A DNA stretch of 64,000 nt from Paragordius varius (lineage: Eukaryota; Animalia; Nematomorpha): the NCBI GenBank assembly GCA_964247055.1, contig OZ176054.1, positions 248,001 through 312,000 of the forward strand. Reading direction: 5' to 3'. A model generated the notes under the pieces. The model ran no database searches. It worked only from the letters and a program-made list of their open reading frames with translations, and was not told where the DNA came from. Below are positions 40,539-52,582 of the stretch, piece after piece (the stretch's first letter is position 1; each line of letters starts with the position of its first letter). The position numbers were made by a program, and so were the translations under genes.

Positions 40539-42189
40539 CCTATGGTAGTTCCATCATCACCCCAAATATTTTCGAGATCGGAGTATAAATGTAATTTTTA
40601 TGAATTTTTTAAATATTTAAAAAATTTATTTTATACGATTTTAAAAATAAAAATGGCTACCTAAAATCCAAATTTGATCAGTTTTTTTTGGGTAGCCCTA
40701 TGGTAGTTCCATCATCACCCCAAATATTTTCGAGATCGGAGTATAAATGTAATTTTTATGAATTTTTTAAATATTTAAAAAATTTATTTTATACGATTTT
40801 AAAAATAAAAATGGCTACCTAAAATCCAAATTTGATCAGGTGATGTCACCATAATTTTTTTTGGGTAGCCCTAAGGTAGTTCCATCATCACCACAAATAT
40901 TTTGGGGATCGGACTATAAATGTAACTTTTATGAATTTTTTAAATATTTAAAAAATTTATTTTATACGATTTTAAAAATAAAAATGGCTACCTAAAATCC
41001 AAATTTGATCAGGTGATGTCACCATAATTTTTTTTGGGTAGCCCTATGGTAGTTCCATCATCACCCCAAATATTTTCGAGATCGGAGTATAAATGTAATT
41101 TTTATGAATTTTTTAAATATTTAAAAAATTTATTTTATACGATTTTAAAAATAAAAATGGCTACCTAAAATCCAAATTTGATCAGTTTTTTTTGGGTAGC
41201 CCTATGGTAGTTCCATCATCACCCCAAATATTTTCGAGATCGGAGTATAAATGTAATTTTTATGAATTTTTTAAATATTTAAAAAATTTATTTTATACGA
41301 TTTTAAAAATAAAAATGGCTACCTAAAATCCAAATTTGATCAGGTGATGTCACCATAATTTTTTTTGGGTAGCCCTAAGGTAGTTCCATCATCACCACAA
41401 ATATTTTGGGGATCGGACTATAAATGTAACTTTTATGAATTTTTTAAATATTTAAAAAATTTATTTTATACGATTTTAAAAATAAAAATGGCTACCTAAA
41501 ATCCAAATTTGATCAGGTGATGTCACCATAATTTTTTTTGGGTAGCCCTATGGTAGTTCCATCATCACCCCAAATATTTTCGAGATCGGAGTATAAATGT
41601 AATTTTTATGAATTTTTTAAATATTTAAAAAATTTATTTTATACGATTTTAAAAATAAAAATGGCTACCTAAAATCCAAATTTGATCAGTTTTTTTTGGG
41701 TAGCCCTATGGTAGTTCCATCATCACCCCAAATATTTTCGAGATCGGAGTATAAATGTAATTTTTATGAATTTTTTAAATATTTAAAAAATTTATTTTAT
41801 ACGATTTTAAAAATAAAAATGGCTACCTAAAATCCAAATTTGATCAGGTGATGTCACCATAATTTTTTTTGGGTAGCCCTAAGGTAGTTCCATCATCACC
41901 ACAAATATTTTGGGGATCGGACTATAAATGTAACTTTTATGAATTTTTTAAATATTTAAAAAATTTATTTTATACGATTTTAAAAATAAAAATGGCTACC
42001 TAAAATCCAAATTTGATCAGGTGATGTCACCATAATTTTTTTTGGGTAGCCCTATGGTAGTTCCATCATCACCCCAAATATTTTCGAGATCGGAGTATAA
42101 ATGTAATTTTTATGAATTTTTTAAATATTTAAAAAATTTATTTTATACGATTTTAAAAATAAAAATGGCTACCTAAAATCCAAATTTGA
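40539..42189. repeat. 3-monomer higher-order repeat, 504-bp period, 3 copies, marked by a 15-bp deletion
   Basis: GATCAG|TTTTTTTT junctions at 40681, 41185 and 41689. CTAAGG at 40873, 41377 and 41881. Confidence 0.95.
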
Positions 42190-42479
42190 GCAGGTGATGT
42201 CACCATAATTTTTTTTGCGTAGCCCTATGGTAGTTCCATCATCACCCCAAATATTTTCGAGATCGGAGTATAAATGTAATTTTTATGAATTTTTTAAATA
42301 TTTAAAAAATTTATTTTATACGATTTTAAAAATAAAAATGGCTACCTAAAATCCAAATTTGATCAGGTGATGTCACCATAATTTTTTTTGGGTAGCCCTA
42401 TGGTAGTTCCATCATCACCCCAAATATATAGGGGATCGGACTATAAATGTAATTTTTATGAATTTTTTAAATATTTAAA

Positions 42480-43530
42480 AAATTTATTTTATACAATTTT
42501 AAAAATAAAAATGGCTACCTAAAATCCAAATTTGATCAGGTGATGTCACTATAATTTTTTTTGGGTAGCCCTATGGTAGTTTCATCATCACCCCAAATAT
42601 TTTCGAGATCGGAGTATAAATGTAATTTTTATGAATTTTTTAAATATTTAAAAAATTTATTTTATACGATTTTAAAAATAAAAATGGCTACCTAAAATCC
42701 AAATTTGATCAGGTGATGTCACCATAATTTTTTTTGGGTAGCCCTATGGTAGTTCCATCATCACCCCAAACATTTTGGGGATCGGACTATAAATGTAATT
42801 TTTATGAATTTTTTAAATATTTAAAAAATTTATTTTATACGATTTTAAAAATAAAAATGGCTACCTAAAATCCAAATTTGATCAGGTGATGTCACTATAA
42901 TTTTTTTTGGGTAGCCCTATGGTAGTTCCATCATCACCCCAAATATTTTCGAGATCGGAGTATAAATGTAATTTTTATGAATTTTTTAAATATTTAAAAA
43001 ATTTATTTTATACAATTTTAAAAATAAAAATGGCTACCTAAAATCCAAATTTGATCAGGTGATGTCACTATAATTTTTTTTGGGTAGCCCTATGGTAGTT
43101 TCATCATCACCCCAAATATTTTCGAGATCGGAGTATAAATGTAATTTTTATGAATTTTTTAAATATTTAAAAAATTTATTTTATACGATTTTAAAAATAA
43201 AAATGGCTACCTAAAATCCAAATTTGATCAGGTGATGTCACCATAATTTTTTTTGGGTAGCCCTATGGTAGTTCCATCATCACCCCAAACATTTTGGGGA
43301 TCGGACTATAAATGTAATTTTTATGAATTTTTTAAATATTTAAAAAATTTATTTTATACGATTTTAAAAATAAAAATGGCTACCTAAAATCCAAATTTGA
43401 TCAGGTGATGTCACTATAATTTTTTTTGGGTAGCCCTATGGTAGTTCCATCATCACCCCAAATATTTTCGAGATCGGAGTATAAATGTAATTTTTATGAA
43501 TTTTTTAAATATTTAAAAAATTTATTTTAT
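42480..43530. repeat. 3-monomer higher-order repeat, 519-bp period, 2 copies
   Basis: TACAATT at 42495/43014 and AAACATT at 42771/43290. TTTCATC is also repeated. Confidence 0.88.
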
Positions 43531-46500
43531 ACGATTTTAAAAATAAAAATGGCTACCTAAAATCCAAATTTGATCAGGTGATGTCACCATAATTTTTTTT
43601 GGGTAGCCCTATGGTAGTTCCATCATCACCCCAAATATTTTCAAGATCGGAGTATAAATGTAATTTTTATGAATTTTTTAAATATTTAAAAAATTTATTT
43701 TATACGATTTTAAAAATAAAAATGGCTACCTAAAATCCAAATTTGATCAGGTGATGTCACTATAATTTTTTTTGGGTAGCCCTATGGTAGTTCCATCATC
43801 ACCCCAAATATTTTCGAGATCGGAGTATAAATGTAATTTTTATGAATTTTTTAAATATTTAAAAAATTTATTTTATACGATTTTAAAAATAAAAATGGCT
43901 ACCTAAAATCCAAATTTGATCAGGTGATGTCACCATAATTTTTTTTGGGTAGCCCTATGGTAGTTCCATCATCACCCCAAATATTTTCAAGATCGGAGTA
44001 TAAATGTAATTTTTATGAATTTTTTAAATATTTAAAAAATTTATTTTATACGATTTTAAAAATAAAAATGGCTACCTAAAATCCAAATTTGATCAGGTGA
44101 TGTCACCATAATTTTTTTTGGGTAGCCCTATGGTAGTTCCATCATCACCCCAAATATTTTGGGGATCGGACTATAAATGTAATTTTTATGAATTTTTTAA
44201 ATATTTAAAAAATTTATTTTATACGATTTTAAAAATAAAAATGGCTACCTAAAATCCAAATTTGATCAGGTGATGTCACTATAATTTTTTTTGGGTAGCC
44301 CTATGGTAGTTCCATCATCACCCCAAATCGAGATCGGAGTATAAATGTAATTTTTATGAATTTTTTAAATATTTAAAAAATTTATTTTATACGATTTTAA
44401 AAATAAAAATGGCTACCTAAAATCCAAATTTGATCAGGTGATGTCACCATAATTTTTTTTGGGTAGCCCTATGGTAGTTCCATCATCACCCCAAATATTT
44501 TGGGGATCGGACTATAAATGTAATTTTTATGAATTTTTTAAATATTTAAAAAATTTATTTTATACGATTTTAAAAATAAAAATGGCTACCTAAAATCCAA
44601 ATTTGATCAGGTGATGTCACCATAATTTTTTTTGCGTAGCCCTATGGTTGTTCCATCATCACCCCAAATATTGTCGAGATCGGAGTATAAATGTAATTTT
44701 TATGAATTTTTTAAATATTTAAAAAATTTATTATATACGATTTTAAAAATAAAAATGGCTACCTAAAATCCAAATTTGATCAGGTGATGTCACCATAATT
44801 TTTTTTGGGTAGCCCTATGGTAATTCCATCATCACCCCAAATATTTTGGGGATCGGACTATAAATGTAATTTTTATGAATTTTTTAAACATTTAAAAAAT
44901 TTATTTTATACGATTTTAAAAATAAAATTGGCTACCTAAAATCCAAATTTGATCAGGTGATGTCACTATAATTTTTTTTGGGTAGCCCTATGGTAGTTCC
45001 ATCATCACCCCAAATATTTTCGAGATCGGAGTATAAATGTAATTTTTATGAATTTTTTAAATATTTAAAAAATTTATTTTATACGATTTTAAAAATAAAA
45101 ATGGCTACCTAAAATCCAAATTTGATCAGGTGATGTCGCCATAATTTTTTTTGGGTAGCCCTATGGTAGTTCCATCATCACCCCAAATATTTTCGAGATC
45201 GGAGTATAAATGTAATATTTTTGAATTTTTTAAATATTTAAAAAATTTATTTTATACGATTTTAAAAATAAAAATGGCTACCTAAAATCCAAATTTGATC
45301 AGGTGATGTCGCCATAATTTTTTTTGCGTAGCCCTATGGTAATTCCATCATCACCCCAAATATTTTGGGGATCGGACTATAAATGTAATTTTTATGAATT
45401 TATTAAACATTTAAAAAATTTATTTTATACGATTTTAAAAATAAAAATGGCTACCTAAAATCCAAATTTGATCAGGTGATGTCGCCATAATTTTTTTTGC
45501 GTAGCCCTATGGTTGTTCCATCATCACCTCAAATATTTTGGGGATCGGACTATAAATGTAATTTTTATGAATTTTTTAAATATTTAAAAAATTTATTTTA
45601 TACGATTTTAAAAATAAATATGGCTACCTAAAATCCAAATTTGATCAGGTGATGTCACTATAATTTTTTTTGGGTAGCCCTATGGTAGCTCCATCATCAC
45701 CCCAAATATTGTCGAGATCGGAGTATAAATGTAATTTTTATGAATTTTTTAAATATTTAAAAAATTTATTTTATACGATTTTAAAAATAAAAATGGCTAC
45801 CTAAAATCCAAACTTGATCAGGTGATGTCACTATAATTTTTTTTGGGTAGCCCTATGGTAGTTCCATCATCACCCCAAATATTTTGGGGATCGGACTATA
45901 AATGTAATTTTTATGAATTTTTTAAATATTTAAAAAATTTATTTTATACGATTTTAAGATAAAAATGGCTACCTAAAATCCAAATTTGATCAGGTGATGT
46001 CACTATAATTTTTTTTGGGTAGCCCTATGGTAGTTCCATCATCACCCCAAATATTTTCGAGATCGGAGTATAAATGTAATTTTATGAATTTTTTAAATAT
46101 TTAAAAAATTTATTTTATACGATTTTAAAAATAAAAATGGCTACCTAAAATCCAAATTTGATCAGGTGATGTCACCATAATTTTTTTTGCGTAGCCCTAT
46201 GGTAGTTCCATCATCACCCCAAATATTTTCGAGATCGGAGTATAAATGTAATTTTTATGAATTTTTGAAATATTTAAAAAATTTATTTTATACGATTTTA
46301 AAAATAAAAATGGCTACCTAAAATCCAAATTTGATCAGGTGATGTCACCATAATTTTTTTTGGGTAGCCCTATGGTAGTTCCATCATCACCCCAAATATT
46401 TTCGAGATCGGAATATAAATGTAATTTTTATGAATTTTTTAAATATTTAAAAAATTTATTTTATACGATTTTAAAAACACAAATGGCTACCTAAAATCCA

Positions 46501-49500
46501 AATTTGATCAGGTGATGTCACCATAATTTTTTTTGCGTAGCCCTATGGTAGTTCCATCATCACCCCAAATATTTTCGAGATCGGAGTATAAATGTAATTT
46601 TTATGAATTTTTTAAATATTTAAAAAATTTATTTTATACGATTTTAAAAATAAAAATGGCTACCTAAAATCCAAATTTGATCAGGTGATGTCACCATAAT
46701 TTTTTTTGGGTAGCCCTATGGTAGTTCCATCATCACCCCAAATATTTTGGGGATCGGACTATAAATGTAATTTTTATGAATTTTTTAAATATTTAAAAAA
46801 TTTATTTTATACGATTTTAAAAATAAAAATGGCTACCTAAAATCCAAATTTGATCAGGTGATGTCACCATAATTTTTTTTGGGTAGCCCTATGGTAGTTC
46901 CATCATCACCCCAAATATTTTGGGGATCGGACTATAAATGTAATTTTTATGAATTTTTTAAATATTTAAAAAATTTATTTTATACGATTTTAAAAATAAA
47001 AATGGCTACCTAAAATCCAAATTTGATCAGGTGATGTCACTATAATTTTTTTTGGGTAGCCCTATGGTAGTTCCATCATCACCCCAAATATTTTGGGGAT
47101 CGGACTATAAATGTAATTTTTATGAATTTTTTAAATATTTAAAAAATTTATTTTATACGATTTTAAGATAAAAATGGCTACCTAAAATCCAAATTTGATC
47201 AGGTGATGTCACTATAATTTTTTTTGGGTAGCCCTATGGTAGTTCCATCATCACCCCAAATATTTTCGAGATCGGAGTATAAATGTAATTTTATGAATTT
47301 TTTAAATATTTAAAAAATTTATTTTATACGATTTTAAAAATAAAAATGGCTACCTAAAATCCAAATTTGATCAGGTGATGTCACCATAATTTTTTTTGCG
47401 TAGCCCTATGGTAGTTCCATCATCACCCCAAATATTTTCGAGATCGGAGTATAAATGTAATTTTTATGAATTTTTTAAATATTTAAAAAATTTATTTTAT
47501 ACGATTTTAAAAATAAAAATGGCTACCTAAAATCCAAATTTGATCAGGTGATGTCACCATAATTTTTTTTGGGTAGCCCTATGGTAGTTCCATCATCACC
47601 CCAAATATTTTGGGGATCGGACTATAAATGTAATTTTTATGAATTTTTTAAATATTTAAAAAATTTATTTTATACGATTTTAAAAATAAAAATGGCTACC
47701 TAAAATCCAAATTTGATCAGGTGATGTCACCATAATTTTTTTTGGGTAGCCCTATGGTAGTTCCATCATCACCCCAAATATTTTGGGGATCGGACTATAA
47801 ATGTAATTTTTATGAATTTTTTAAATATTTAAAAAATTTATTTTATACGATTTTAAAAATAAAAATGGCTACCTAAAATCCAAATTTGATCAGGTGATGT
47901 CACCATAATTTTTTTGGGTAGCCCTATGGTAGTTCCATCATCACCCCAAATATTTTGGGGATCGGACTATAAATGTAATTTTTATGAATTTTTTAAATAT
48001 TTAAAAAATTTATTTTATACGATTTTAAAAATAAAAATGGCTACCTAAAATCCAAATTTGATCAGGTGATGTCACTATAATTTTTTTTGGGTAGCCCTAT
48101 GGTAGTTCCATCATCACCCCAAATATTTTCGAGATCGGAGTATAAATGTAATTTTTATGAATTTTTTAAATATTTAAAAAATTTATTTTATAGGATTTTA
48201 AAAATAAAAATGGCTACCTAAAATTCAAATTTGATCAGGTGATGTCACCATAATTTTTTTTGGGTAGCCCTATGGTAGTTCCATCATCACCCCAAATATT
48301 TTGGGGATCGGACTATAAATGTAATATTTATGAATTTTTTAAATATTTAAAAAATTTATTTTATACGATTTTAAAAATAAAAATGGCTACCTAAAATCCA
48401 AATTTGATCAGGTGATGTCACCATAATTTTTTTTGGGTAGCCCTATGGGAGTTCCATCATCACCCCAAATATTTTGGGGATCGGACTATAAATGTAACTT
48501 TTATGAATTTTTTAAATATTTAAAAAATTTATTTTATACGATTTTAAAAATAAAAATGGCTACCTAAAATCCAAATTTGATCAGGTGATGTCGCCATAAT
48601 TTTTTTTGCGTAGCCCTATGGTAATTCCATCATCACCCCAAATATTTTGGGGATCGGACTATAAATGTAATTTTTATGAATTTATTAAACATTTAAAAAA
48701 TTTATTTTATACGATTTTAAAAATAAAAATGGCTACCTAAAATCCAAACTTGATCAGGTGATGTCACTATAATTTTTTTTGGGTAGCCCTATGGTAGTTC
48801 CATCATCACCCCAAATATTTTGGGGATCGGACTATAAATGTAATTTTTATGAATTTTTTAAATATTTAAAAAATTTATTTTATACGATTTTAAAAATAAA
48901 AATGGCTACCTAAAATCCAAATTTGATCAGGTGATGTCACCATAATTTTTTTTGGGTAGCCCTATGGTAGTTCCATCATCACCCCAAATATTTTCGAGAT
49001 CGGAGTATAAATGTAATTTTTATGAATTTTTTAAATATTTAAAAAATTTATTTTATACGATTTTAAAAATAAAAATGGCTACCTAAAATCCACATTTGAT
49101 CAGGTGATGTCACCATAATTTTTTTTGGGTAGCCCTATGGTAGTTCCATCATCACCCCAAATATTTTGGCGATCGGACTATAAATGTAATTTTTATGAAT
49201 TTTTTAAATATTTAAAAAATTTATTTTATACGATTTTAAGATAAAAATGGCTACCTAAAATCCAAATTTGATCAGGTGATGTCACTATAATTTTTTTGGG
49301 TAGCCCTATGGTAGTTCCAACATCACCCCAAATATTTTCGAGATCGGAGTATAAATTTAATTTTTATGAATTTTTTAAATATTTAAAAAATTTATTTTAT
49401 ACGATTTTAAAAATAAAAATGGCTACCTAAAATCCAAATTTGATCAGGTGATGTCACCATAATTTTTTTTGGGTAGCCATATGGTAGTTCCATCATCACC

Positions 49501-52500
49501 CCAAATATTTTCGAGATCGGAGTATAAATGTAATTTTTATGAATTTTTTAAATATTTAAAAAATTTATTTTATACGATTTTAAAAATAAAAATGGCTACC
49601 TAAAATCCAAATTTGATCAGGTGATGTCACCATAATTTTTTTTGCGTAGCCCTATGGTAGTTCCATCATCACCCCAAATATTTTCGAGATCGGAGTATAA
49701 ATGTAATTTTTATGAATTTTTTAAATATTTAAAAAATTTATTTTATACGATTTTAAAAATAAAAATGGCTACCTAAAATCCAAATTTGATCAGGTGATGT
49801 CACCATAATTTTTTTTGGGTAGCCCTATGGTAGTTCCATCATCACCCCAAATATTTTGGGGATCGGACTATAAATGTAATTTTTATGAATTTTTAAAATA
49901 TTTAAAAAATTTATTTTATACGATTTTAAAAATAAAAATGGCTACCTAAAATCCAAATTTGATCAGGTGATGTCACCATAATTTTTTTTGGGTAGCCCTA
50001 TGGTAGTTCCATCATCACCCCAAATATTTTGGCGATCGGACTATAAATGTAATTTTTATGAATTTTTTAAATATTTAAAAAATTTATTTAATACGATTTT
50101 AAAAATAAAAATGGCTACCTAAAATCCAAATTTGATCAGGTGATGTCACCATAATTTTTTTGGGTAGCCCTATGGTAGTTCCATCATCACCCCAAATATT
50201 TTGGGGATCGGACTATAGTAATTTTTATGAATTTTTTAAATATTTAAAAAATTTATTTTATACGATTTTAAAAATAAAAATGGCTACCTAAAATCCAAAT
50301 TTGATCAGGTGATGTCACTATAATTTTTTTTGGGTAGCCCTATGGTAGTCATCACCCCAAATATTTTCGAGATCGGAGTATAAATGTAATTTTTATGAAT
50401 TTTTTAAATATTTAAAAAATTTATTTTATACGATTTTAAAAATAAAAATGGCTACCTAAAATCCAAATTTGATCAGGTGATGTCACCATAATTTTTTTTG
50501 GGTAGCCCTATGGTAGTTCCATCATCAACCCAAATATTTTGGGGATCGGACTATAAATGTAATATTTATGAATTTTTTAAATATTTAAAAAATTTATTTT
50601 ATACGATTTTAAAAATAAAAATGGCTACCTAAAATCCAAATTTGATCAGGTGATGTCACCATAATTTTTTTTGGGTAGCCCTATGGTAGTTCCATCATCA
50701 CCACAAATATTTTGGGGATCGGACTATAAATGTAACTTTTATGAATTTTTTAAATATTTAAAAAATTTATTTTATACGATTTTAAAAATAAAAATGGCTA
50801 CCTAAAATCCAAATTTGATCAGGTGATGTCACCATAATTTTTTTTGGGTAGCCCTATGGTAGTTCCATCATCACCCCAAATATTTTCGAGATCGGAGTAT
50901 AAATGTAATTTTTATGAATTTTTTAAATATTTAAAAAATTTATTTTATACGATTTTAAAAATAAAAATGGCTACCTAAAATCCAAATTTGATCAGGTGAT
51001 GTCACCATAATTTTTTTTGCGTAGCCCTATGGTAGTTCCATCATCACCCCAAATATTTTCGAGATCGGAGTATAAATGTAATTTTTATGAATTTTTTAAA
51101 TATTTAAAAAATTTATTTTATACGATTTTAAAAATAAAAATGGCTACCTAAAATCCAAATTTGATCAGGTGATGTCACCATAATTTTTTTTGGGTAGCCC
51201 TATGGTAGTTCCATCATCACCCCAAATATTTTGGGGATCGGACTATAAATGTAATTTTTATGAATTTTTTAAATATTTAAAAAATTTATTTTATACGATT
51301 TTAAAAATAAAAATGGCTACCTAAAATCCAAATTTGATCAGGTGATGTCACTATAATTTTTTTTGGGTAGCCCTATGGTAGTTCCATCATCACCCCAAAT
51401 ATTTTCGAGATCGGAGTATAAATGTAATTTTTATGAATTTTTTAAATATTTAAAAAATTTATTTTATACGATTTTAAAAATAAAAATGGCTACCTAAAAT
51501 CCAAATTTGATCAGATGATGTCACCATAATTTTTTTTGGGTAGCCCTATGGTAGTTCCATCATCACCCCAAACATTTTGGGGATCGGACTATAAATGTAA
51601 TTTTTATGAATTTTTTAAATATTTAAAAAATTTATTTTATACGATTTTAAAAATAAAAATGGCTACCTAAAATCCAAATTTGATCAGGTGATGTCACTAT
51701 AATTTTTTTTGGGTAGCCCTATGGTAGTTCCATCATCACCCCAAATATTTTCGAGATCGGAGTATAAATGTAATTTTTATGAATTTTTTAAATATTTAAA
51801 AAATTTATTTTATACGATTTTAAAAATAAAAATGGCTACCTAAAATCCAAATTTGATCAGGTGATGTCACCATAATTTTTTTTGGGTAGCCCTATGGTAG
51901 TTCCATCATCACCCCAAATATTTTCAAGATCGGAGTATAAATGTAATTTTTATGAATTTTTTAAATATTTAAAAAATTTATTTTATACGATTTTAAAAAT
52001 AAAAATGGCTACCTAAAATCCAAATTTGATCAGGTGATGTCACCATAATTTTTTTTGGGTAGCCCTATGGTAGTTCCATCATCACCCCAAATATTTTGGG
52101 GATCGGACTATAAATGTAATTTTTATGAATTTTTTAAATATTTAAAAAATTTATTTTATACGATTTTAAAAATAAAAATGGCTACCTAAAATCCAAATTT
52201 GATCAGGTGATGTCACTATAATTTTTTTTGGGTAGCCCTATGGTAGTTCCATCATCACCCCAAATATTTTCGAGATCGGAGTATAAATGTAATTTTTATG
52301 AATTTTTTAAATATTTAAAAAATTTATTTTATACGATTTTAAAAATAAAAATGGCTACCTAAAATCCAAATTTGATCAGGTGATGTCACCATAATTTTTT
52401 TTGGGTAGCCCTATGGTAGTTCCATCATCACCCCAAATATTTTCAAGATCGGAGTATAAATGTAATTTTTATGAATTTTTTAAATATTTAAAAAATTTAT

Positions 52501-52582
52501 TTTATACGATTTTAAAAATAAAAATGGCTACCTAAAATCCAAATTTGATCAGGTGATGTCGCCATAATTTTTTTTGGGTAGC

